A DNA stretch of 64,000 bases from positions 11,160,001-11,224,000 of the forward strand of contig JBHGNT010000022.1 in the NCBI GenBank assembly GCA_043228905.1. The letters run 5' to 3'. Below the pieces are notes generated by a model. It had not been told where the DNA came from and did not search any database. It was given only the letters and a program-made list of their open reading frames with translations. Made by a program: the position numbers and the translations under genes. Below, piece after piece: positions 34,320 to 47,500 of this stretch (position 1 is its first letter; each line of letters starts with the position of its first letter). This DNA comes from Azolla caroliniana (Eukaryota; Plantae; Polypodiophyta).

Positions 34320-37300
34320 GTCCCATTCGACAAAGAAGGTGACCAAACCTTTATTAAAAATGTCTTGCATGTACCAACCATTACGAAGAATTTGGTCTCC
34401 GTCGGCCAAATTGATGAGCAAAGGATACAAGTACGATTTAATCAAGGCGGTTGCTTCACCGAAAAAGAGGGCCGACTCATCACTCGCGAACGATGTCGTG
34501 ATGTTTTCGACACATAGTGCGAAAACCACCCTCAAAAGAGAATAAAATAGTAGTCCAAATAAACTAATGTTGTTAAATCAACTATAGTAATAAATGAAAG
34601 GATAAAAAGTTAGAAGCAGTTTTCGAAAGTAGACAAAAATAGAGAAAAAGATAGGAAAAGAAAAGCTAGCCGTGGATATGAGGAGCAAGGTCGAGTAAAA
34701 AGCTTGTAATTTCCTCATCCAATGTCCAAATTAGAAAAGGAAAGATTCATAAGAAAGCTAACAGAAATAGCTTTCTAAGAGTAGCTTGCATGTCAGATTT
34801 GACGTTACGGAACAGAAATAGTGATAAAAAGAAAACTCGACTCATATAGTACTCTAAGCCTTCTTACTTATCAGACTAATTAAGTATTATTCAATATCGC
34901 ATAATCTCCTACTCGAAGATTTGCTTATGCATAAATGTAATTAACTATTATTGGATCTCGTATATTACCAATTTACTCTTATTAGAGGGAAATCTCTCGT
35001 CTCTAAGCTTAAAGTGCATTAAGCGTCAAACCCTAAATCTTTCCGGTCCAACACCCCGGCGGTTCCGCCTCACGATCCGCACTTACTGGCGGATTTTCAC
35101 GACAACGAAGAGAGGGCCCAATGTTTATTCTCGACTCGCACGAGATGAAATCGGCCATGTTCGCAAAGGGCACGAAAGCCGATTCCGACATAGAGTTATG
35201 GCAGAAGCGAATTGGCCATATCAACCTCCAAAAGCTCAAGGCAATGCAATCGAAAGGAGTCATCATCGGGCTCCCGACATTCAAGGAGAAAGAGATTGAA
35301 GGTGTGTGTGCTGCTTGCCAATTCGGCAAGCAACATCGGCACCCATTTCCAAAGGAGCGGAACGTGAGTAAAGGCGTACTCGACGTAATTCATTCTGATG
35401 TATAGGGTCTGGCTCTGACGACTACATTCGCCGGATGCCGATATTATACGGCCTTCATCAAAGACTTTTCTAGGCACACCTGGATCTACCCCATGCGGCA
35501 AAAGAGCGAAGTGTTCAGACACTTCCAAAAATTTAAGAATGAAGTCGAGAAAGCCACGGGCCGACATGTACGATGTCTTCAGTCGGATGGAGAAAAAGAG
35601 TACTTCTCCGACGAATTTACAACGTATCTCCGAAAGGAAGGAATCCAACAAGAATTCTCGTGCCGACACACACCTCAACAAAATGGTGTAGCTGAATAAA
35701 AGAATCAACATATCCTCGAAGTAGCACGGGCCATGATGAATGAAAAGCATATACCAAAAGCGTATTGGGCAGAAGCAGCTAAGACAAAAATATACCTCAT
35801 GAATCGGTGTACGACATCGGGTGTGCACAAACTTACTCTACACGAGAAGTTTTTCGGAAAGAAGCCGGACCTATCACATGTTCGGGTATTCGGCTCCATT
35901 GCGTACGTGCACATCCCCGACGAGAAACGACAAAAGCTCAACTTGAAGTCGGAGAAATGTATCCTCGTAGAATACGCACTGGAGCAAAAGGGGTACAAGT
36001 GCTATAACCCCTCAACTCGAAAATCTCGAGTAAGTCGAGACATTGTTTTCGACGAGTCAGCATCTTTGTACGCACCAGAGACAACTTCGACTCTGATTCC
36101 GCTCAACCCGGAATCCGCCGAAATAGAGATAGAAGCCGGAGATCAGCTCACACGCATGTTCGAAGAAAGCCTAATTATGACAAGGCTTAATGGGCCACAA
36201 GAGCCTCCAAGCAATCAAAGCACATCTTGGCCGAGTCTGGAGCTGGACAAAGGGAAGGCGAAAATGCCAGAGTATGAAGACGATCACTTCGACGACAACA
36301 AATCGACTCACTCCCTCGATAGTGAGTTCGAAGGCCTTGACATCCAGACAAATGGAACAAAAAAAGCCTTAGTATCCGCAAACGAGAAGCTCCGCCGATC
36401 CACCCGTTAAAAGAACCTCGTAAGCCGATTTGGCTGCAACGATTATATGGCATACCATTACGCCTTTATGAGGAAGGTGGCAATAGTACGGGAGCCGAAA
36501 ACGTTTTCCGAAGCCGCGAAGGACCCTAGATGGGTTGAAGCGATGAACGAGGAGATGCAAGCACTCTCCAAAAACAAGACGTGGGATCTTGTCCCCCACT
36601 CACCGCACAAGAAGGCGATGGGTTGCAGATGGATCTACATGGTGAAGTATAATGTTGACAACTTTGTAAACCACTACAAATATCGACTCGTAGCAAAAGG
36701 ATACGCACAAACGCATGTAGTCGACTATGAAGAGACATTTGCCCCGATGGCAAAGATGACAATTATGCGGACCGTGATCGCACTCACAACGACGAAAGGG
36801 TGGCACCTCCACCAGATGGACGTCAAGAACGCCTTTCTTCAAGGCAAATTAGAAGAGGAGGTGTACATGGTAGAACCACCTGGCTTCGAATCCAGCATTC
36901 ATCCGAAACCCGTATGCCAACTCAAGAAGCCTCTTTACGGCCTTAAGCAAGCACTCGTGCTTGGCATTTGAAGATTATGCAATATCTTCATCAAATCGGC
37001 TTTTGAATGTCAAAATCTGACAATTCCCTCTACGTACGAAATGACTCTAGAAGCTCGATTGTCATCATCCTATATGTGGATGATCTGGTGATTAAAGGAG
37101 AAAGTTCAGTCAACATCAACAAGTTGAAATCCCTCCTCTCCAACAAATTCGAGGTGATGGACATGAAGGACCTTCATTACTTCCTAGGCATCGAAGTAAT
37201 TCGGATTCCGACTGGCATTATGATCTCTCAATGGCACTACATTCTCAACTTATTATACAAGTTCAGGATGACAGAGTGCAAATCTATGGCAACCCCTCTC

Positions 37301-38188
37301 GATCGAAACTTCAAACTAGATGCCAACTCCTGCATAGACGAGTGCGAGCTGACTCGATATCGACAACTGATCGCGAGCCTCATCTATCTCATGATCACTC
37401 GACCCGACCTCGACTATCCGATCGGCCTCCTTAGAAAATTCATGCAAACTCCATGAGATATCCATTTCAATTGCACTAAGCGAGTATTACGATATGTGAG
37501 TGGCACAATGGATTATGGCATCCTTTACGCATCGGCCACACAATTTGACTCGAAGGGTACACAGATGTCGACTGGACTGGCTACAAAGCCGATCGACGAT
37601 CAACCTCTGGTTTTTTCTTCTCCCTTGCCAGTGGAGCAATTTCGTGGAGTAGCAAGAAGCAACCAATCGTAGCTCTTTCGAGTACGGAAGCCGAATATAG
37701 GGGTGCAGCCGTAGCTTATTGTGAAGCTGTATGGTTCAAGAGGATTTTGAAGGATTTGAGCGTTCCCATCAAGGATTTGACTCCCATTTACTGCGACAAA
37801 ATGAGAAGTATATATTTGGCTCGGAACCCGGTGTTCCACGCACATACAAAGCATATCGAAGTGCACTACCACTTCATTCGAGAGCGTGTTCAGGTCGAAG
37901 ATGTCGATCTTCTACACATCAACACGAATCTTTGAACAACTGACATCTTCACAAAGGCCCTAGGAGCCAACAAGCTTCGGCAATTCATGTCAGACCTTGG
38001 ATTGACGATACTTGTCTTGCTAAGCTTGAGGGGGAGTACAAGCGAGAACCGAATATCGCTTGAATCGGGTACGAGCCGAAGCAAACACCAAAGATCATCC
38101 GAACCGGATATCAACCGAAGCGGACATCAATCAAAAGGAACCGACCCGAGTTGAGCTTGAGGGGGCGTGTTGAGAATCAAGCTCAACA
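34320..38188 (+). mobile_element. Degenerate Ty1/Copia pol (PR end, GAG-pre-INT, INT, RT, RNase H), PPT and start of 3' LTR
   Basis: NVLHVPTITKNLVSVGQI, LWQKRIGH, TPQQNGVAE, QMDVKNAFLQG, LYVDDLVI and TKHIEVHYHFIRE; PPT GAGGGGGCG then TGTTGAG at 38168. Confidence 0.92.
34494..35104. mobile_element. Solo LTR-like insertion (611 bp) with 4-bp TSD ACGA
   Basis: Termini TGTCGTGA...TCACGACA. Removing the insert plus 4 bp restores the Copia frame ITRERREGPMFILD. Confidence 0.85.
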
Positions 38189-38397
38189 TAGTGCAACCTG
38201 TGAACACACCTTTTGAGAATCTATAATTACTCAAAGGTCAATAGTCACACCACTACTCTCTACACATTAACTATGTGTCATAAAATCATATTTTATGACA
38301 CATAACTAATGAGTTATATATTCCCCATGACTATGAGTCTTCACATTCCCCAAGAGAGAATGGTTGTTGTAGTTAGTTAATGAAGAGAGAGGGTGAC

Positions 38398-41300
38398 TAA
38401 TAACCATTCGGTTAAGTACATGTCCAATTAAGTTCATCATTCTATTAAATGCGTTTTTTATAGATGTCAAAATCCTGTTCAAAAAAATACATTGTTTTGC
38501 AAAAAAATACATTGAACCAAATTGAAACTATGTTCCAATAATTCAAAAAACAACAAAATCAAACTAAGAAACCCAATATTTGTGAACCTAATTGACATAT
38601 GGACTCTAATTCAGCCATGAAAACCAGACAAATACATCACATACTCTTTTATGATCAAACATTTTCAAATTCACTAAACCCTCGGAAATGCACAGAAAAT
38701 CTACGTACTCGGAGAAGACGGTAGGAGCACAAATAGTGTTTTGAGAAGAAATGTAGTGAAGGAATAGTATTCTAAGCAACTAGCAGAATCCATGCATATC
38801 TTGCATCTCAATAAACTCAGAATCTGAATTGTTTTTATCATCTGCAAGTGGTTCATTAGTGTTGGATGCTTGCGCTATAACTTCATCAATCTCTTCAAGG
38901 AGACTTTGATTCAATTTTTCTTATTCATTTGCATCTGCATTGACACATTCCATGATTTCCTCTCAAATTTCTTCTACATTATGTGCATTTTCAAGAAAAC
39001 TGCAGTTACATAACAAAGCAACAAGATCATCATGGCATTGATCTTCCATTTCAACAACTTCAACATCATTAATACGGAGTGATGGAATAATATTTGCTTT
39101 TCTATAGCAATTAAAAAGTGTCTCCTACATTATCTCATTCCAAGCAATAACAATGAGATTGGCAGCATCTAGCAAATGTGCCGATTTTCCAAAAGTTAAA
39201 CCAGTAGAACCTCTTCTAATTCGTTAAGCTACATCCTCCAAACGAATCTTAACATTTTCTGGACTATCACGATATGTCAAAATTTCTCTTATCAAATGAT
39301 ATTTGTACCTTTTTATCAAAGTTGCAATAATTCCCATATCCATTGGTTACTTCCATGATGTGACATTTGATGGGAAAAAAATCACTTTGATAGCATCATG
39401 CTCAAATGCTTCGGCATATCCAAGAGCATTATCAAGGATTAGAAGCACTTTGCGATTAGTTCGAGAACGAACAAAAGGTACAAACACATTATCAAACCAC
39501 TTATTAAAAGTATGGATATCAATCCAAGCATTTTTTTGTGCTAAATAAGGTAATGGCCAAGAATTTCCAACAATACAAGAAGGTTCCTTAGCTTTCCAAT
39601 CATTGTAATAGGAACTTTTTCAGTTCCAATCGCATTACAACAAACAACTAAAGTAACTCTATCTAGCAATTTTTTCTTACCTCGAATTGTTGTAGGATCT
39701 TCATTAGGCAAAAGCACTGTGTATCTTGGAACTAATCGAAAAAACAAGCCTGTTTCATCCATATTGTAAACACAATGAGGATCATACTCATTGACTATAG
39801 CATAGAGCCTTTCCAAAGAAGCCAACAATTGAGGGTCATTTCGATCAACTGCCCCTCCTTCGCCATACAAACTAATAGTATTCAAACATTGGTGATGAAG
39901 AAATTTCCTAAACCAACCCCAAGTTGCTTTGAAATCATCATCACAAATATTCATTTGTGTAGCCAACCTTCTCCATTATAACCAATGGAGGCAATGCAAT
40001 TGACAATCTACGAGATGCATCAATCCAAGCATACAAGCGTTCCTCTAATTCTGGATATTTCCCTTTAGATCCTCGAAAAGTTGTTTTCCTTGTATTATGA
40101 TCTTTTAATAGGACATGCATTCGTACCTCATCCTTCTTCTTGATGAAACTTCTAATTGCACCTTCACTCAAATCGAATTTTTTGCCTATTTTGCGAAGAG
40201 AAGGAGCTGCTGGTTGTTCCACTATCTCCAAAATTTGTAGCCTTTGTTCATCATTCAAACGAGGTCCAACACCTCGCTTGCGGGTTGAATTAATCTTTGT
40301 GATAAAGCTAATTAGCTAATTTCACATTGACTTATCCATTCTTTTTTAATTCCCCCAAACCCTCAAACTAAGAAACCCAATATTTGTGAACCTAATCGAC
40401 ATATGGACTCTAATTCAGCCATAAAAACCAGACAAATACATCACATACTCTTTTACAATCAAATATTTTCAAATTCACTAAACCCTCGGACTAAGAAATC
40501 CTTAATTTATGGACCTAATCGACATATGGACTCCAATCCAACCATAAAAACCAGATGAATACATCTCAAACTCTTCTACAATTGATTATTTTCGATTTCC
40601 CAAACCTATAATTCATGAATCTAATCACCATTTGGACTCCAATTCAACAATAAAAAAAGACAAATCAATCACATACTCTTCCATAATAATAAAAATTCAA
40701 ATTCCCTAAACATTCGGCCTAAGAAACCCATAATTTATGAACTTAATCACCATATATAGTTCAATTCAGCAATAAAAGCAAGACAAATACATCACATACT
40801 CTTCCACAATCAATAATTTTCGGATTCCCTTAACCCTCAAACTAAGAAACCCATAATTTGTGAACCTAATTGACATATGGAGTCTGATTCAGCCATAAAA
40901 ACAAGACAAATACATCGCATACTCTTCCACATTCAATAATTTCCAAATTCCCTTAACCCTCAGACTAAGAAACCCATAATTTATGAACCTAATCGATATA
41001 TGAACTCTAATTCAGCCATAAAAACAAGACCAATATACCACATACTCTTCCACAATCAATAATTTTTGAATTCCCTAAACCCACAGACTAAGACACCAAT
41101 AATTTGTAAACCTAATTGACATATGGACTCTAATTCGGCCATAAAAACCAAACAAATACATTACAAACTCTTTTACAATCAATTATTTTTCATTTCCCTA
41201 AACCTCGATCTAAGAAACCTCTAGTTTATGAACCTAATCACCATATGGACTCCAATTCAACAATTAAAACAAGACAAATACATCGTTTACTCTTCCATAG

Positions 41301-41753
41301 TCAATAATTTTCGAATTCCCTAACCTTGATCTAAGAAACCCACAATTTATGAGCTTAATCACCCTATGAAATTTGATTAAGCAATAAAAACAAGACACAT
41401 GCATCACATACTCGTCCACAACCAATAATTTTTGAGTTCCCTAAACCCTTGGTCTTAGAAAACTCGGAAATGCACAGAAAATCTACGTACCCGGAGAAGA
41501 CAGTAGGAGCACAAATAGTGTTTTGAGAAGAAATGTGGTGAAGGAATAGTATTCTAAGCAACTGTGCAAGATCAATTAAGGAGCAAATAGGGTTTGATCG
41601 GTTGTTATTGGGGCTATGCTCCCTAAAATGTGTAGAGAAAAAAAAAAAATTGGGGAAAAAAAATTTGTGTGTAAAAAGCCCTAAGTACGCGGCTCGGTTA
41701 AATGCACACTTTTTCCCTCCGATCAAAGTGCGCACTTAACCGAATGTTTACTG
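38398..41753 (-). mobile_element. pogo/Tigger-like (CENP-B HTH + DDE_1) DNA transposon with pseudogenised transposase (~38790-40290)
   Basis: KYPELEERLYAWI, FKATWGWFRKF, VYNMDETGLFF, VLLILDNA, PMDMGIIATL. TIR CAGTAAACATTCGGTTAAGTGC at 41753 followed by TA, with a degenerate copy at 38398. Confidence 0.88.
40360..41462. repeat. ~9 x 123-bp tandem repeat upstream of the transposase
   Basis: CTAAGAAACC-type anchors at 40368, 40491, 40719, 40842, 40965, 41088, 41209 and 41331. Confidence 0.9.
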
Positions 41754-41999
41754 TATATAAAGCACCCTCCTCATACTTTATATTAAGTCGGTTATGACTC
41801 CTTGTAATGCTACATTTTTGTATTTCATATTCTCCTTGTGAATATACATCTTCTTCTTCTTGAGTATTCTATTTCCATTCTATCTAATCTATCTTGTGTT
41901 CTCTCTTCTCTCTTCTAATTCCTCTCACACATACACATAACACACATCTCTTCCGCTACGCAAGAATCATACCCGATTCTTTACAATAACATCAAATGG

Positions 42000-43376
42000 T
42001 TTAGTGTTGGGTTCTAGACAATGGTTATTGTGGGGAAAATGACAAAAGATATTGCGAAATCAGTTCGAACTTGGCAAGAATTTTTATCGCGTTCATGGGA
42101 AAAACAAAAACAAATCCTAGGTAATATGCATGACGGTCAAGTAATGTATTAACAAATTCAAGAAGCTATGACTAGACTCCCCATACCACCCAATAACTCT
42201 AACCATAGATAGGTTGGGATTTTTTCAAGATTGGAAGTACTCTTGGTTGTTAAGGGGTATTCAGATGATAAGACCTACTAGTTTTTTGAGGTGGATGAAA
42301 CAAACTAATTGTCTCGGTTGGGGGAAATGGTGATAGATTACCCTTACGCAATTGAACACAAGATAAGGGTAACCAGATATGCCGATTGTAAATGATATAT
42401 TGATCCACTGATAGAGGAAATAAAAGGCATATTGGAAGTTGTGGGTGTTGGCTAAAAAACCAGTATTTAGATTAGATTGGGATCCAATTGATTATCAGCG
42501 GATAGATCCTTTTACAAGTAACAAGTTCAATTTCTTTGAAATTCAGTATAGTTGGGAAGACAAGTGCTTTCAAATACACGGGATGTGTTACCAGAGGTAT
42601 TACTCCCCGGTTCCTTGCAAACTTATGGGTTATCTTATGGGCAAGAAAACAACCACACCAATATATTGCATGTACAATGGTTACTTGTACACCGAGCCTT
42701 GCTTGTTTGCAAATGGTTGCATAGGATGGGAGTATCTTTTGGTTGTGCTCGATGCCATTTACAAATGGAAACTCAAAAACATTGTTTATGGGAATGCATT
42801 CAGTTTCAACCGATATGGCAATGTCTCCTTAGAATTTTTGCTAACTATTTTCCCCTATTGATTTTCACTTGGGCCATGCTGGTTTGGACATCACTTGTCC
42901 GTGATGCGTTCCATTATGACACCAAACCTATGGACCATGGATTTTACACTAAATCTGGAAGTGTTCATACATTACCATTGCTGTCATTACAATTTTCAGG
43001 AATAAGGAAGGAAGTCCAACCAGTATGGGAGATATTGAGTAGTACCACTACATATCACATGTAGAAGGCTCGATGCTCTCTTGTTTTCCATCAACTTAAA
43101 ACATCACTAGCTGAATTGGTTTTAAATATTTAGTTAGACATAGTTTATACTTTGAAGAGTCAATGGGATGATTCTGATGCTAAAAATTGATCAACGGCAT
43201 GAGTTTCTTATCGTTTGGACAACAACTCCATTCATGACATCCAATTACGACACTACTTATTAGCAATTTCAGCCTTCGAAATGGTTGTTTCCCCCCACCG
43301 ATCACATAGAGTTAAAAAACTTGTAAAATGTTTACACTAATGACAGGATATCTTCTCTAAAAAAAACAAAAACAAA
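42000..43376 (+). mobile_element. Degenerate LINE ORF2 3' end (zf-RVT-like) with A-rich tail
   Basis: RLDWDP, CARCHLQMETQKHCLWEC and KWLFPPP are homologous to the LINE at 21969-23146; A-rich run at ~43359-43376. Confidence 0.75.
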
Positions 43377-43439
43377 CTTATATACCTACTAATAAATAGT
43401 GAGAATTACCCCTTTTCAGTCTTTCTCACTATGTATCAA

Positions 43440-43452
43440 CATATATACATAG

Positions 43453-43498
<46 letters not shown>

Positions 43499-43865
43499 TC
43501 TCTATGTTTTCCTCTGCTTGCTTGCTCTCTAGTATACATACATACATACGTACGTACGCACATACACACACACACACACACATACACAATCTCTTATGTT
43601 CTCCTTTGCTTGCTCTCTAGTATACATAGATAGATAGACATACATACATATATAGAGAGACATACATACATACGCAGATACATACATAGACATACACACA
43701 TACATACATTGGTACATAGATACATAGATAGACACATAGATACATAGATACATAGATACAAACATAGACATACATACATACAAACATAGACATACATACA
43801 TACAAACATAGACATAAGTACATACATACATACATACATACATACATACATACATACATACATAA
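43440..43865. repeat. Compound (AC)n / (ACAT)n / (ATAG)n microsatellite upstream of NRPA2
   Basis: Directly visible. Confidence 0.92.
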
Positions 43866-44031
43866 ATGATAATTGTGATGATAAACCCTTCCATGAAGAA
43901 AAGAAGAAACAACACTTCCTCAAAAACAAACCCCTTCAACTCTCTCTCTCTCTCTCTCTCTGTGAGACTCTGTTTCTGAGCGGAGGAAAGAGGGGGAGGG
44001 GTGAAGAAGAAGAAGAAGGCGATCTTCAGAC

Positions 44032-44470
44032 ATGGGGACGATGAAGAAGAAGATGGTGGAAGAGAAGAGCACAGGTGATGGAAAAGGAAGAGGAAGAGGA
44101 AGAGGAAGAGGAGGAGGAGGAGGTACAGGTTTGGCATCGATGTCTGCTCTGGTTGCGCCTCACATCGAATCGTTCGACTACTTTGTGAACCATGGCCTCC
44201 AGCAATCTGCCCTCGCTATCCGCCCTGTCGAGCTCCTCCAGCAGTCCACTCAGACTAAGCTGAGAAATATCCTTCTTTTTCTTCTCTTCTTCCATTGCTC
44301 TATTTTATTCTGGTGCTATTCTTTATTTTCGGCTTTTCTGTCTGAAAATTCAATAATTATTTTGAATTTTTCATGAATCGTTGAGAGAGAGAAAGATATA
44401 TTAACGTCTTCTAAGACCGAAATTGGCCCATGAGACAATTGGTTTACAACAAAAGTGGGGTATTTACCCA

Positions 44471-44552
<82 letters not shown>

Positions 44553-47500
44553 ATGACAGCTAAATGTTCAACTCTGACATTCCACAGCAGCAGTGGCATC
44601 TAGTAAAGTAGTGCATATTGTGAGATTTGAAGCCAGATGCATGAGCTGGTAAAAGCAGTGGTTACACTAGGTAAGCCCGTTATGACAAAAAAAGAAGAGA
44701 GTTAGAGCAGCTGATTTGTTGGAATGTAACTTGGGAGAAGTATTTTGTGGTGACCGAAAGTAAAACATTTGAATTCTTCTTGACCTTGTGTCGATAGCCC
44801 ACAGCGCACAACTAGGCTTAGTGGATTACAAAAAGAGAGTGCAAGAGAGAGTTAGAGAACTGTCTAGTGCCAAGAAGAAAGTCATGAGTTTTTTTTTATG
44901 CATTTGGCTTTCCTTGACTCTTTCGATACTATGGATTGAAAGACCTGTTCTCAGCCCTCCGTTGAAGGATGTCAGGGATAAGAGTCAATTCTTGGATCAG
45001 CGAATCAAGCCCCTGGAGGTGATCTCTTGGAAGTCATTTCTTTTGTTTTGGATCTTTTCAATTCTTATGTTTTGCTCTTTTGTTTCGGATCTTTTTAAAT
45101 GCATTAGGTAGATGTCCTTTTACTTTAAAAGAGAAAAACGTTTTGATTCATCCTCCACAGTGCCGTCAAGGTGGGCTTACATACAAAGGTCAACTTACTG
45201 CCGACATATGTTATCAATGGAATGATCAGGCTGTGATTCGATTTAGTGCTTCTTTGGGTCATGTTCCAGTAATGATCAAGGTATGAAACGCTGTTGATGA
45301 TTTGATCTCATTTTGAAAGAAAATTTGAACAAAAGATGTGCATTTATTATTTCTACTATCTTTTTACCTGAACAACTTGATGAGATTTCAAAACAGTCAA
45401 CAATTTGCCACTTGCGAGGTGCTGATAGTGGGAAATTGGTTGCTTTAAAAGAAGAAGCTTCAGAAGTAGGAGGGTAAGGCTCATACTGGACTCATGTTAT
45501 GTTATTTTGTCGTGTTCTAATTTCTTATGATTTTTTGATGGATTGGTTGGAATAACATCAGATTTTGTCACCATTTTAATATATGATAGTTGCATGTTTG
45601 CAAGTTGCTCACTTTTTGTACTGCATGATCAGAATGTTAATAGCTTCAATTTGTTCACAGATTATGATAGCTGTTTTATATTTTGGCATAAAAAGGCTGC
45701 GTAAAAAGATTATTTTTCATAGAGACTCGAATGTATGCACAGGTACTTCATTTGCAATGGGAATGAACGTATCATTCGGTTGCTTGTTGTGACCAAGCGT
45801 AATCATGTAAGTTCCCCATTACATATAATTTACAACCATTTATAAATATATGTATATGCATGTCTATGAACCCTCTCTTCTTGTGGCTAACAACACATGT
45901 GATAATACTGTGAAGCCTCCCATGCAATAATATGCTGTAGCAATGCACTAGATAGTACCGTGTAAACATCTGATTTTATATTTCCTTACAACTGGGCAAA
46001 CAGATAGTAGCTGTGCGCAGAGGTTCATACAAGAATAGAGGCCCTTCTTACACGGACATGGGTGTCTTCATCAGGTAAGAAAGAATATTGACAGTTTCAA
46101 CAGTCAGATAGGATACAAATAGATCACCATGAGAAGAATTTGACTTCTTTTTGCAGGTGTGTCAGACCTGATCAGTCAGCAGTTTCAGTAAAGTTGTACT
46201 ATTTACAATATGGTGGTGCATCATTAGCATTTTCGTATGTATTGTTGAAATTTATGTTCATATCTTTACATATGTATGCCATTTTTAACCTATGTTCATA
46301 ATCGCCTTCAAATAAACTGATATTTTCAGCCTCCGTCGCCAGGAGTTCCTTATACCTGTGGGAATCATCCTTAAGGTCTGGTCTTCTTATTATACCAAAA
46401 AGCAAATACCCAACAAAGAAATAATAATGTTATAGATAATGAGCATTTAAAGGCCTGAGAGTCAAAAGTCACATGATGTTTTTGTTTCTCTGTAGGCTTT
46501 ATCCAATACTCAGGACAAGGAAATTTTTGAACTTTTGACATCTACATATAATGAAAGAAATACAGGGAAAAGGGGTGCAGTTGGAAGTCAATTAGTGATC
46601 CAGAGAGCGCAAATCATTCTCGAGGAAGTTAAGCAACTTGGAATGTTTACAAGATTGCAATGCCTTGAATACATTGGTGGGTAGGAACCTATAGTTAGGT
46701 AGGATATTCATAGTAAATCTTTTGTAATTCCCTTATTCTTATCATGCCTTCCAGGTGAGAGATTCCGTCCTGTACTGGATGGAGTAGAAGGCCAACTTGC
46801 TGCTATGGTAAGCACATTTTGTGATTCCCTAAGATTCATGTAAAAAGATTGGTTTTTAAGCTAAAGTTTGTATCTAATATTCAACAGATCGGTGAAAGAG
46901 TTCTTGAAGACTACATTTTTGTACATCTAGACACATGCTTTGACAAATTCAACCTTCTTATGTGAGTATGCCAACTGGCACGTTGGAAAATCTTCCTGCC
47001 AGGTCTGCTTATATTTATAAACTAAAAATCACTCTATGATGGTTTTTGCTTTTTAGTTATATGCTGCAGAAGCTTTTTGCACTAGCTGATCAAACTGCTG
47101 CTCCAGATAATGTTGACGCACTTCAACATCAAGAAGTTTTATTACCTGGTCATGTACTCACTATGTATGCCAAGGCAGGTTAACATTAATCCACCCCAAG
47201 CTGTTGTACTCTGACCTAATCCATGCATCTAAAATGTTGTGAACTTTGAAGAAACGAACTTCTTAAAGCACTACAGAATCATGCCATATGTAATTCATGA
47301 ATATTATATGTTTTGAGTCCACAACTGTACAATGAATGTGCAGGATAGAATGCAAGATTGGTTGACAAGGGTACGGAGGGTTCTAGCAAAAGAATTAGAA
47401 GATCATCCAAATGAATTTGACCTGCAGGATGGTGAGTAAGCCTTCACTATTCATCTAGGAAATAAAAGAATACTATTTCATTTTTGCTTTCGACCTTGGA

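Noticed and set aside
38190-41985. A solo LTR hosting the pogo insertion
   Set aside because: 41755-41985 looks LTR-like (TATA, ...TTTACA), but I could not find a matching TSD or left terminus.
43529-44137. 202-aa minus-strand ORF and other microsatellite ORFs (3956-4147, 7105-7367, 19435-19789)
   Set aside because: Low-complexity translations of (AC)n, (AG)n and (ACAT)n tracts.
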